Of a stretch of 64,000 nt of DNA, positions 34,781-48,100 are shown one piece after another (the first letter of the stretch is position 1; each line of letters opens with the position of its first letter). The notes beneath the pieces were generated by a model that saw only the letters and a list, made by a program, of their open reading frames with translations, was not told the DNA's origin and made no database searches. Source of the DNA: Macrostomum hystrix. Lineage: Eukaryota; Animalia; Platyhelminthes. The stretch lies in contig CATNEN010000025.1 of the NCBI GenBank assembly GCA_950097015.1, positions 3,596,001 to 3,660,000 on the forward strand. Reading direction: 5' to 3'. Both the position numbers and the translations under genes were made by a program.

Positions 34781-35345
34781 TAACATCACTGCCTTGCACT
34801 CCAAAGGATGCTAGTTCAATTCACCCTTCAAGTCACGATTAATTTTGGTACTTGTTGGGGGGGTTTGGACAGTAGCAACCGGCGGAGGTACACCATATTT
34901 CGTGCAATCAAAGCTTCAAATAATAGCTTTGCTCCTACCTTCTGTGTGCCTGTTCTGCCTTGTGTGAGTTGTGTCCATTGGCTCTGGGGCGTGAGACCTT
35001 GTGGGGGGTGGCTGGAGGGTGGGTGTACACCGCCGCGCGCTTTCTGGACTTCCGTCAGCGCGATTGGATAAGTGTACACAGTCATCACCCAGCCCCCCCT
35101 GAGGACTGATTTATTATCAGCCTACTGCCCCGGCTTGGACTGCTATGTGCATGTGGGTCTGGGGTGGGGGACACTGCTGCCTATTCTGGGTGCCTCCTGC
35201 CCTCCCCGGCTGGTCTGTGCTGCTGTGTGTGGTGCCTGCTCAGGGGAGGCAGCGCAATGGGAGCAAAAGCGCCTAGTTCGCCGGTCTGGGGGCATGCCGC
35301 TCTGTCACTTGTGCGACAAGTGCCCCTGGCCCCCCTGCAAATAGA
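34781..35345 (+). mobile_element. Diverged tRNA-headed SINE related to family A
   Basis: Head GGGGCAAGTAGGTCAGCGGCTAACATCACTGCCTTGCACTCCAAAGG...AGTTCAATTC; internal AAGTGTACAC; tail GTGCCC..GCCCCCCTGCAAATA like the other copies. Confidence 0.55.
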
Positions 35346-36169
35346 AAGAGATATGCCATTTATTGTTTGCTCTTAGTTTGTTTGAGAAAATGATATAATG
35401 AAAATCCTAAAATTTAATGTTTCAATAAGACAGCTAATAAAAAAGATAATCAAAAGTGGGAATGAAAAAGAGTAGAAAATACTAAACTTAAAAGTTTTTA
35501 TAATTGCCTTTAAAAATGAAAAAATGTTTTGTCATAGCAGTTTTAGCTTGAAAAAAGTATTAGAGACACATTGACATTTCTTTTTCACTGAAGTTATAAT
35601 ATGTAAAGAAATAAATATATATATACGAGATATATATATTTTAAATATTTTAATAATTTATTTGTTTAAAACAATAAAATACTATTAATATATATTATGA
35701 ATTTATAATAATTGAAAATGAAGTAAGGAAAAGACAATAGGTACTTGCATATAGGAGTAGTTATTTAATACTATACTATAATGCTATACAATTCTCTGCT
35801 GCTCTAGTAGCCCATTGGTCAAGCAAAAATAACATTTCAACACTTTATAGATAAGCTGATGCAATAGAAACTGCAGCATCAGTTAAAGACTCAGCCTATT
35901 TATCTGTTTGATATATTTTTGCTACACTGCTATTCTGGAGAAGTTTTACAAGATCACTAAGATCTGTTATATAATATTCTCCTAGCCTACTATAATCTAA
36001 TTTAAGCTGTTGCAAGTATCTCCAACATTGTAATTGTAGAATCAAAATAAAATTTCTGATGCTATTTAGCTTTGTTAATTGATTTGAACTTATCTTGTTC
36101 CATTGTTCTGATCAGCATCATTAAGCTACTCTATTATATTAAATTTCTAGTGCCAAATGTGGCAAGCGC

Positions 36170-39100
36170 ATGGCTGAAGCTAGAAAACTAACTGAACAAA
36201 CTGTCATTGATCAGCTTGCCAACATGCGTGTTGGTTTCATTGGAGCTGGCCGTATGGCCCAGGCTATGGCCAAAGGTTTCACTAGTCAAGGTGAGCAGTC
36301 AGTTTTTTAGTCAATTTTATTCATTTTCTAGCATAAACACAATTTCATTTCAGGCATTATTAAGGCTAAGAATGTCTGGGCCAGTGCTCGGACAGAAGAA
36401 ACACTAAAGAAGATATCGACGGTATGTGTTTAGTTTATTGTCATGTTTTCCCTGCTAGGATAGCCCATTAAATTTAATAATTCCCTTCATGATGTGCAAG
36501 TTCTCTTTTCAAGTTTTTTCTTTGCCTAACAACTCTGGTGTTTATTGTGTTATTGGGACTTTTCTGATCTCTGTTTCGAGTGACAAATGGCATAAATGGC
36601 ATAGGCTAATTGTGCCATTCAAAAATCTTCAGCTAATAGCACATGCGTATTGATAGTATTTGCAGGAGGGGCTGTGGGCACTGGAACATACGTTAACAAA
36701 CGCCCGGACTCTTGAAATCCTTCGCAAAGTTCGTGCAGCACCCAGACAATGATCTCCTTCTTGTAATCTGCCCTGTGACTTTCTAATTTTCAGGCAGTGT
36801 ACAGCCTAACTATGCCTTAGAGGTTGGCCCTCAAGGTCGTAAATTGCGCGATAGGCCACCAAGCCTTCTCTCCGCGGCTGTGCCCCAAAATGAATGTAGG
36901 GAATCGAGCTCAGGGACTTAAGTGCGAGGGGCAAACGCCTAGACCGCTCTGCCACTCAACCCGTACCCCAAACCCAGTGGTTAGAGGTTCGCACTTCAGC
37001 CGGAGAGGTCGGGGGTTCGTATCTCAGCCGGAGAGAAACAATTTGTGTCCTTAAGCAAGACACTTGATTCATTAGTGTCTCAGTTCACCCAGCTGTTAAG
37101 AGGTTATCAGCAGTATGTCTGAGGTTTCGTAGAAACTCGGATGCACTTTTAAATAGCTGCTGCTACTATTCTTAGCTGGGTTAGAGTTTCAATCTATTAA
37201 GAGTATCTTAGCTCGAATCTTATTCGGAACACCATGTTTCCACAATCTATAGGAGCTTCACGTTAATGTGACTCGCAATAACAGCGAAGTAGTTGAACGC
37301 ACCGACATCCTAGTGCTGTCAGTCAAGCCGCAGGTGATGGACGCTGTTCTGAAGGAACTGTCTGATTTGACAGACAGATCCAAGCTAGTTGTGTCCGTTG
37401 CCGCCGGAGTAACTTTGGACTACCTGCAGAGTCGTTTAAAACCAGACAGTCGAGTAATTCGCCTGATGCCAAATACGCCAATTCTGGCTAACGCCGGCGC
37501 CTCTGTCTATTGCGTTGGATCGGCTGCGCTGCCAGAGGACGGCCGCCTAATTGAGGCCCTGTTTAGCTCCGTTGGCACCTGCGACTACCTGCCCGAGCAT
37601 CTCATGGACGCCGCCACCGGCCTTAGCGGCTCCGGGCCGGCATTCATTTTTGAAGCAATCGACGCCATGACAAATGCCGGCGTTCAGCTGGGCCTGACTC
37701 GGTAAGTAGCCAATCTGAAATTTTCAAGTATTTCCTGACGATGCCTCATCGAGTTAACAAAGCAAACAAAGTTTATAGAGTGAGCCAAGAACAAGCACAT
37801 TAAAAATTTGGCCATAATTAGGGTCGAACAAGGACCTTTTTTGTAATAATTATAGAATTAAAAAGAGCATATAATCGACTCTTAGCAGTTAGTATAGTGC
37901 CGAATTGTACTAAATCTTTATCGACAAAATTGTGTACCTTGTAGGCTAAAAAAGAGAATCCAATAGATGATTTCTGAACGGATTGATAAAGGGATTAAGA
38001 CGGGAGAAAGATAGTGGGAGAGATAAAATATGGGATAGATAAAAACCGGGGTGAGATGAGACACAAGACAGATGAGACACAAGACAGATGAGACACAAGA
38101 CAGATGAGACACACGACAGATGAGACACACGACAGATGAGACACACGACGGATGAGACACACGACAGATGAGACACACGACAGATGAGACACACGACAGA
38201 TGAGACACACGACAGATGAGACACACGACAGATGAGACACACGACAGATGAGACACACGACAGATGAGACACACGACAGATGAGACACACGACAGATGAG
38301 ACACACGACAGATGAGACACACGACAGATGAGACACACGACAGATGAGACACACGACAGATGAGACACACGACAGATGAGACACACGACAGATGAGACAC
38401 ACGACAGATGAGACACACGACAGATGAGACACACGACAGATGAGACACACGACAGATGAGACACACGACAGATGAGACACACGACAGATGAGACACACGA
38501 CAGATGAGACACACGACAGATGAGACACACGACAGATGAGACACACGACAGATGAGACACACGACAGATGAGACACACGACAGATGAGACACACGACAGA
38601 TGAGACACAAGACAGATGAGACACAAGACAGATAAGACACGGGACAGCTGAGACACCGGTGAAATAAGACAGGACAGAAGGTGTTGGGTGGGGCCAGGGG
38701 GCCGGATTCAGGAGCTCTAGCGGGTGGTAGTGCAGTGAAACGTACTGATTAACTAATTGGTGAGCAAGAGATTAAAGAGGAGAGTCAAAGGAAACGACGA
38801 GAAGGTTTTCTGGAGGAAGCATTTCCGACAGGGTGGGGGGCGAAGTTACGCAACGTTGAAAAGAGAGTCACGTAGAAGTTGGCGTCGCATGGCACGTCGA
38901 GCGCGGTTGGTTTGTACCGGATCGTCCTTGCTGCCAGAGCCGGGTGGAACTAGAGCCCCGCCGGCGTTGGCCGCGGACAGGAACTCTATAATGTCGGCCT
39001 CGAGAGGGACGAGATGTGTGATGGCACGGCGGAACTCGTGACCGGTGCTCGTTCGGACAGTGACATAACGGGTGATGTCATGACTGTCGGGATGGACTTC

Positions 39101-42100
39101 GATGACGCGGCATCTTCCAGTTTGACCGCGGAGTCTGGTCGGCGAGGAGGTAGAGCTGTCCAACGAGGGGCTGGTGTGAGTGCTCGCCGTGCCGTCTACG
39201 GTGTTGTAAGTGGATCGAGTGGAGTTGTTGAAGGTAGTCGCGGTTCCATCGAGCCCAGATAGAGTCAATGATTTGCTCGTGGCGTCGATAGAGAGCTCGT
39301 AGTTGGTCGCTGGTCGTGGTCCCAGCAGATGGAACAAGGTGCTCAGGCGCTGCAGGCAAGTCAAGTCGAGCGCTAGGAGCGATGAGATCGGCTGGCGTTA
39401 GGGGGCGCGTATCGTTAGGGTCATTCGAGAAGGATGTCAGCGGGCGAGAGTTCAAGACAGCCTCGATCTTTGTCAGCAGGGTGAGGAACTCTTCGTCCGA
39501 GATCCGCCGGCCATCAAGGCTCCGTGAAGGCTCACGAAATCCAGAAACGGTCGTGAAGGCTCCGTAGAACAGATATGGCACTGCTGTGGTAATCTCGTTT
39601 GTGGATGTAGAGTATGAGCAGGTGAGTGAGATGATGATCGGGTGGAAGGAGCATTGGGTAGATTGCGTCTGCGTCTAAGGTTGCGTTTGCCATGCGGGAA
39701 TTGTGGCGGATCAGACCTTCGTCATCCAAGAAGAGGTCAAGCTGCGCGACTATCTTGCAGCTTTTGGGTCTGCCTTCCTGTATGGCATTGATTGCGTCAG
39801 CGTAGCGCTCTTTCTGTACCCATTTGATCCACAAGTGAAGAGCAGCCTGGCGTTCCGAGGCATCTGGCGCGGTAACTCGGTTTCTTCGCTTGACGAAACG
39901 TATAACATATGCGAGAGTTCCGAGAAGGGCACTGAGTTTGCCGAGGCGGTTGATGTCCATGCCTGCGGGGGGGACGCATCTGTTCGATGCAGACAGGAAA
40001 GCGCTTGTCTTCTTGGCCTTTTTCTGGGCTGGTGGGATGCCTTGGAGGATCGTGGAGTCCGTGGGTGTGGGTGTTGTCTGAGATGGATGAAATCCCCATG
40101 TGGATGAAATTTTGATGACGGGAAAGTGCGGCAGGACATGGATGATCTTTCCTTTTGGACTAGTGTCATCGGCGATTTCCAGGATCCCTTCTGCTTTGTG
40201 CTTTTCGAACTCTCCATAGTACTCTTGACGTTCCGCCTGTGAAAGACGACGGTGTGTAGCCTGAGCGCGACCCCAAGCTTGTCCGAAGTTTGGTGGGAGT
40301 TGCTCCGCTCCAGGCTTGAAGGGTAATGCGACCGAGTATCGACCGTCCGATCCACGTGTGGCTGAGTCCAGGAGGTCTTTCGTCAAAACGTCGCCTCGTG
40401 GATTGGGTTGTTTGGCCCCTCTTTCGATGCCGAGCAGCTCGAGGCTGATCATTCGGTCGGCCAGACATTCAAGGTTGTCGCGACGGGATTGTGACAGCAG
40501 TGAGTTGGCGATGAGTTGACTAGAGTTGAGAAGCCCACTGGGTCTACAGTCGTCGGTATTTTCGAGGCAGCCTGTGAGGACGGCACCAAACGGGGTGAGG
40601 TGCACGGTCAGACTTTGCCGCAGTGGGATTGCAGGAACGCTCGGGCCTATTAACCGCTGAGCATAGTCGTTACCGATGAGCAAATCTAACTCAAGTTCCC
40701 CGTCTTGGGAAGGTGGGAGATTGGCTATTCCATGGGCAAGTGTTGCAGAGTGGCCAGAATGTCGCTTGGTAGCTGGACAGCTGGTATGTGGATTGGTGGA
40801 GCGATGTGCTCGGTTGCCAGAACTCGGAGTGGTAAACGGCGGCCATCGGGTGTAGAGAGTTCGAGTTCGACGATGTCTGCGGTCACTCGGCGACGAGAGT
40901 CGGTGTGACATGAAGAGCTGTCAAGCGAGATTCGGCGATGTAAACGAAGACCGAGTTTTCGAGCCACCTCGAGTTTTATGTACGTGAAACTGGAGCCGCC
41001 ATCGATGAGGACCGACACTCGCGTAGTGCCGCCGCTAGTCGGGTTTACAGCAGTGGCAGAGAATGTGGCCATGATGGACGGCCTTATCAACTCGTCGCAG
41101 GTGGAGGAGATGCAGGAGACGGTATTGAAGGTGTTATTGTTCATGGCTTTTAAGTTGGCGAATGCCGTCGGCAATGCGGCCGTCGAGTCGAGGTTGCTGT
41201 TGGCTTTCGCTGTTGAGTCGACGTGAAGAACATGCGGTGGCGGATTGAAACGCGCTCCGTGAAGTGATGTGTGGTGCAGGGCTCGACACTCGCGGCATCT
41301 GTTCCGGGAGCTACAGTTTGAGGTGGCATGGCTACGCAGGCAGTTGAGGCACAGGGCCTTGCTCCGAATAATGCGGAGCCGATCATCGGGCTTCGAGATT
41401 ACGCCGCATGTCTGACTGGAGTGTCCTGACCGTTCGCAGTAGACGCAGATCGGTACATGTGCACGAGTGTGTACGTGACCAGCACTAGGAGTGGATGAAG
41501 TTACGGAGCGGTTTGTGGCAGCGTTGATTAGACTAGCTCCGGCATAGGAGGCGAAACCAGCTGATGTGTAGTTGGCTTGCGAGGCACGGATGGCTCGAAG
41601 CTTGTTGTCGAGGTGTCCTTGGAGCTCTAGCATTGTTGGAATTAGCGGTTGCAACGCCTTACAACGCACATCCTGGATATCTGATTGGAGCGCCGGTGGA
41701 AGCTTTGGCCACAGTGCATGCACGTAGGGATCCAGGGCGGCACTGGTTTCACCGAGGCGAGTTAGCTGGCCGACTGTGAGGCGAAGTGTGTCTGAAAATT
41801 CCTCCAAGCTCTGGTGGTCGATGTTGCAAAGCTGCGGCATCGCGAGAAGTCGCCTGAAGCAGGTGCTCTTCTGCTCCCACAGGTCGCCATAATTAGCTTG
41901 GAGAATACGGCAGGCTTGGTTGTAGGCCCCCGGTTGACAGGCGTCGAGGCCACCTAGTTTCCGGAGGGCAGCGCCAGCGAGAAGCCCGCGAAGAGCTTCA
42001 AATTTATCAACGTCTGTGTAGTTGCAGCTGTCGATGCGGTAAGTGAAGGAACTCCAAAATGCAGGGAAACTAGCTGGGTCTTCACCGTCGAAACCTTGAA

Positions 42101-45100
42101 GTTGGACATTGCGGAGGACGGTGTCGCCGAAGAGGGACGCCGGTCGAGGCGTCGGAGGGGCGGGCTGGGATGTGTTCTGGTTTATGTAAAGCTGTTGTAC
42201 GAGCAGCTGGTTCTGCTGCATCATCTGAGCCATTGCGCCAATAAGTTGTTGTACAGCGTCCTGTTGGTTAGATACACCGAATGCAATGGAGCCGACTGAG
42301 CTGGCAGGTGCGGCGAGGCCGCTGGTAGGTGCGGCGAGGCCGCTGGTAGGTGCGGCGAGGCCGCTGGTAGGTGCGGTGAGGCCGCTGGTAGGTGCGGCGA
42401 GGCCGCTGGTAGGTGCGGCGAGGCCGCTGGTAGGTGCGGTGAGGCCGCTGGTAGGTGCGGCGAGGCCGCTGGCAGATGCGGCGAGGCCGCTGGTAGGTGC
42501 GGCGAGGCCGCTGGTAGGTGCGGTGAGGCCGCTGGCAGATGCGGCGAGGCCGCTGGTAGGTGCGGCGAGGCCGCTGGCAGTCGGGTTAGCGTATGATGTT
42601 GGTCTTACTCGGTTTTGAGATTTGTGACCGAGCTTTCCACGAGTCGAGGTGGTGCTGCGCGTCTTCATTTTCGACTTGGCTGTGTGGATATTTTAGTGCG
42701 CTCTGCTACCAATTTGTCGCTTGGGACAAAATTTCCTTGCTTGTATTTAACTTGTATTTAGAAAGTGAAAAACATTTGGTCCGAATATTTAGTGAGCTTA
42801 GTGCACACTAGGAGCAACTAAAGGGGAAATGTACCGAGCACGGAATTAAAAACATAGACAACGATTGAGTTAACAAGGGGCGGGCAGGATGCGTAGTCTA
42901 TGGGCTAAGAGGACGATAGAAAGCGAAACAATTAAAGTGCAGTGAAACGTACTGATTAACTAATTGGTGAGCAAGAGATTAAAGAGTCAAAGGAAGTCAA
43001 AGGAAACGACGAGAAGGTTTTCTGGAGGAAGCATTTCCGACAGGGGTCATCCATGACGTATCCGCAAAAAATGACATGACGCTGAATGTCAAAAATGACA
43101 GGAGCGTGAGGCACTGTGTTTCAGTGAAAATGGGGAAAGTTTCGACTGTGACGCAAAAAGCGAGTGCGTGACGCAGCAAATCCTGGCGTCATTGTCATAA
43201 TTGTACATTGTTGTCATTTCTAATAATGGAATGCTTGCCAGAACTCAAATACACTGTGACTCATGATATAGCCAAATCATGTGAACTTTCACACACAATG
43301 CATGTAAATTGGTGCTATTTTAATCTGCCAGATCCCAAAAGCTGTATTTCTCGTGTAGTAAGACATAAAAGACGACTTGCCATCTCATCCAAAAAAGGGC
43401 TGCACAGCAACAATATGTGCAAAGCGCATTAAAATAGTAAAAATCACTAATAAATGTAATTAAAGGACTTGCAAATATGACTATTGCGATCTCTGCATTG
43501 CTGGCCTCGGCATCACCAGATTGAGCAGAAGCTGTATTGTTGGCCACGAAATCACCAAATTGAGCAGAAGCTGCATTGTTGGCCACGACATCACCAGATT
43601 GAGCAGAAGCTGCATTGTTGGCCACGACATCACCAGATTGAGCAGAAGCTACATTGTTGGCCACGACATCACCAGATTGAGCTTGAGTTAGTACTGCTGC
43701 TGCAGTCTTAGATATATGAGATGAGCTTGGTGATTGCATTTCACTTTTTAATAGACACGCCGATTCTTCAGTGCTCATAATTCGTTCAGATAGCAAGTCA
43801 CCTTCAGCTTCATGTGGCAACCCCTTGCTGTTCAAACCTGTGCTTTGATTCATAACACTGTTTTACCACATCTGAAAGTAATTTAAATAAGTATTTGATT
43901 GCAGAAGACAATTCATTACACATAAATATTTGATTAGATTAGATTTGATATTAGATAAAAGTATAAATATCCAAAATAATAATAAATGTACCTATTTAAA
44001 AAAACAGAAAAATGCATTCAACTGGCATAATTTAATTAATTTCACTCCCTTAAAAATTTCATCAGTTATATGATGACTAAGTTTTATAAGTTTTATAAGC
44101 TATAAATTATAACATTGGCAGTTTTAATATATAAATGATATAAAAATCTGCTTTCAAATTATGATAATCATATCACTTAGAGTCATTGACTCTTGAACGT
44201 TAGAACTATGATATTCCAAAATTGGATTGAAAAATAAAAAAAGAAAACTGAGAAAAGTAGTTTTTAACTTCTAAAACAGAAGATCCAATTCTGGAACAAA
44301 ATAATTATGACTTGCACCTGAATTTCAATTCAAAGAAAAAAAACAAATTGATTTCAAGTTTGGTTTTTAACTTTTTAATTTCTCATAAGTTAATAATTAA
44401 ATATTATAATAGGCCCTAAGCATACTCTTGTCTTAGGCTTAAACAAAAATTTGAACAGATCAAAATAAAAGTGGAATGCTTACTACCAAATGCAAAAGGA
44501 CAATTATTAAAATTAAGTAGTATTGGCATAATGTCATTGGCAATAAAAAAGGAAATGTTGACAAACTTAATGATATTGCAATATAGGCCAATTGAAAAAA
44601 ATGGCATCATTATATATAATAACGCAATAACTTATAAAATAGGCCTAACAATAGAAACCCAAGCCAATGCATACACTTTCTGCATACATAGGTATAGACA
44701 TAATGTAAGGAAAAATCTAGGACCAATGGCCTAGGACTAGGCTATACAGACTACAGTGAAAGAGCAAATATTTTTATTTGCTTTGGAGATATAAGCTTGT
44801 TAAAGCACTGCATTTTGTGTCACACTACCAAGTAATCTTGAAGTTATCAAGTTATGTACACATGCTATGAATAGAGATCTCTAGTCCATATCGTGATGAA
44901 GCCAAGCTAGGTAGGCCAAAGCCAAGGAGAATGGAAAAATACATTAATGAAAGTAACAAAAGTTTAACATACTGAGTATACGATATAACTTCTATTTCCC
45001 TATGCTCAACACACTTGCATCATGTGCTACTCGGCACTCTACGACCTTCGGCACTCGGCACCATATAACCCTAGACACTCGAAATTGCGGGAAATTGTCC

Positions 45101-48100
45101 AAAATTGCAATCTGATTGTAAGGATTGGGCAATTATTGCAAATTAATTGCAAGTCACTTGCAGGTTTTGACAAGCTGATTGCCAATTTAATTGCAATCTT
45201 GGCAATCCGTCTTAAGCAGATTGCTATTGTAACAATTGGACATAAGTGCAAACTTGTCAACATTGCCTCCAGGCCTTTGACGAGAGCTTAGTCTTTTCAT
45301 AGCAAACTGAAAAGAGAAAGAGAATTACATATAATGCATTTAATATTTTAATATATATAAATTTGATTAATAAAATGAAATATGTTATCAATAATGTTGA
45401 AAATTATTGCTTTTGATATACAATTATAATCTTACCATAGCCCCGCCTGGACTTTGGTCCGGTTCTTTCGTCCGCTCACTTATCCCATAGTTCGTCCGGT
45501 TGATAATGTATTTTTTCCATAAGGAAAAATCGGAAGAAGCGGACGAAAAGTTACGAAAGCGGACGAAAAGTTGACCTCACGTGACGTTCGTCCGCTCGTT
45601 AGTCCGGTGTCTGATCCGTTTATCTGCCGATGCTTCGTCCGTTTCACTTTAGCACTGACTAAACAAATCGGACGAGCAGGCGGATTAAAAGCGGGTGAAA
45701 TGCGGACCAAATCGCTTCATTTGGCGATTCGGACGAGCAGGCGGATTAAAAGCGGGGGAAATGCGGACCAAATCGCTTCATTTGGCGATTCGGACGAGCA
45801 GGCGGATTAAAAGCGGGGGAAATGCGGACCAAATCGCTTCATTTGGCGATTCGGACGAGCAGGCGGATTAAAAGCGGGTGAAATGCGGACCAAATCGCTT
45901 CATTTGGCGATTCGGACGAGCAGGCGGATTAAAAGCCGGTGAAACCGGACAGAAAAGTAAGTAAAGGCCTCAAATATAATAGCAAAGCCACAATGGTGTC
46001 AATTAGTGAAAAAAAACAAAAAATTGACGTACTATGTATATTCTTGGCATCCAGACTGGCACTGTAAATTGTATTTCAGTTTGTTCACCGAGTATATAAG
46101 AAATGTTGTATTAAATTGAAGCCAAGCGCCAAAAATGCTTATATTGAGGGACAGAATATAGACGTATAGTTTATATTTTAATACTAGTGAGTGACAAATG
46201 CGGTAAATTGTCAAATTGCGAAATGGCCAAAAAAGCACAAAACGTTGCTTTAGGAAGTGTACTAGAGAAGTGTTACTAGTGTAGTTTTGGAAGGCGGCCT
46301 CGAAATGGTTGACTTTAAAGTTTGCAAAGCGTTGTTTTAAAATTGAAATTTAAAGTGAACACATCACTTAAAAATATGTATATATAAATTTAGGCAATAC
46401 TTAAATATGGGTTTGATCGACATAACAGGGAATCAAGTTGGAAAGATCGAACCCGGAGGAAAAAAGGTACTACACATAGCTTCCCATGATGTTGCTAATA
46501 TCAGCCTATTGCTAATACAGTCCATTACATGTTTAGTGGAACTGTAAAAGTTGCTCATTGTATATGAGAGGCCATACCTCTTCGATCAAATCAAACTGTA
46601 TATCACTCCTTCGAGTGTGATCATATCATAATTACGTTCGAATTTTGTCTCCGAAATCGGTACTACGCCGTGCGTAGTACCAAAAAACGTCCGAATCAGA
46701 AAACTGCAAATTGCGGTTTTTAACAGAAAAATGATAAACGAGAAAAATAGATAAATGAAAAATTATAGGATAAGGATAAAGGATAAGCTGGATAAAGGAT
46801 AAGAAAAATGATAAAACAGAACAACACGAAATTCTAGCTGCTAACAATATAATCCCAGAAACAAAAAGTAGTATTTGAAAGATCCCAAAACCAGTAATCC
46901 GTAGATCAATTCGCAAACTAAAAATTATAAAGAAAAATCCTACATCCTGGAAATAATTATCAAAGATCCCGAATTCGAACGTCAAAGATCCTGTGGCGGA
47001 CACTTTGTAATTAAGCCAGAGCCAGCCCAGCTATACATATGGCCCAAAAAAACAAGTGCCCAGCCTCGCGAGCTCAAGCTGAGCCCAGCGGTCCCCGGCC
47101 CGAAAGGAGAGAGAGCCGCTTCAATCCTGACTTTAATAATAAAATTTTCCTTTTTCCTAAGAACCGATTAAAGAACCCGAGATCCTAGAATCCTACAATC
47201 AAAATGTTACGATCCTTGTACCACACTAACTGCAGTTCACGAAACGAGCAAGACGTTCAGCATGTCCTGTTCAGCACGTTCAGCATGCTCGTCGCCCATG
47301 AGCTGACTGACATCTGAAACGATTTGATTGGCAGATGTCGTCATCGAGGAAATAGGCAAGGCGTGCGACTCCGCCTCATCCGCTTCGCTTTCAGTGATAA
47401 CACGGAGTACCACTGAAGCTGAGGAGCTTGCTGCCGATGTTGATGTCGTCTTCGCAGCTACCTTCGCGCTGCGCTTGCGTATCGGCTTTTTATTGCCTAC
47501 AGCTGCCGCAGCACGCCGTCCACTGCTTGCTACCGTCGTACTGACCGATTGTCCGGCGCGCTTCCGAGCCGTCTCAGTGCACCTGGAATGAATAGTTAAA
47601 ACCTAGCTGCACCTTAGCGCTAAGGTAAGATGATAAGCGCTGCTTCTATAGCTTTATACGAGTATTAAAGAACGGAGCGGAGCGCCTTTAATATAAAGCT
47701 ATAGACGCAGCATTTATATATTTATCTTCGCACCTGTTGAACGACCGCTTAAAATCGCGCGGACGGTAGTCAACGCCTTCAGCTGACAGCCACAGTTCCG
47801 TGGTGGCAATCTTCGCCGGATTGGCTGCCAGGCAGACACGGCCCCGTGACTTGCGACCTGAGATGGAGCTGTTATTAAACTCCGCGTCGCTAAACAGGCA
47901 TCGAAGAAGGCTGCGTATCACTGTCAGACGTGCAGTGCTGTGCATCTCCATGTGCTCCTCCGTTTGGACCAACTCGGCACTCGTCTTGGCGACAACATCC
48001 TTCCAATTCTGCAAGGTCGTCTGCAGCTCCATTTTTCTTTTTGGTTTGACAAGGACGTACGGCTGCTTTTCCGACAGCGGCACTTTCAAAGAGGAGTTGG

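Noticed and set aside
37918-38656. Cys-rich repetitive ORFs in three minus-strand frames
   Set aside because: Artefact of a stop-free 16-bp repeat cycling through frames.
45669-45945. Palindromic 61-bp repeats as a CRISPR array
   Set aside because: Units are contiguous with no spacers and lie in the subterminal region of a CACTA element.
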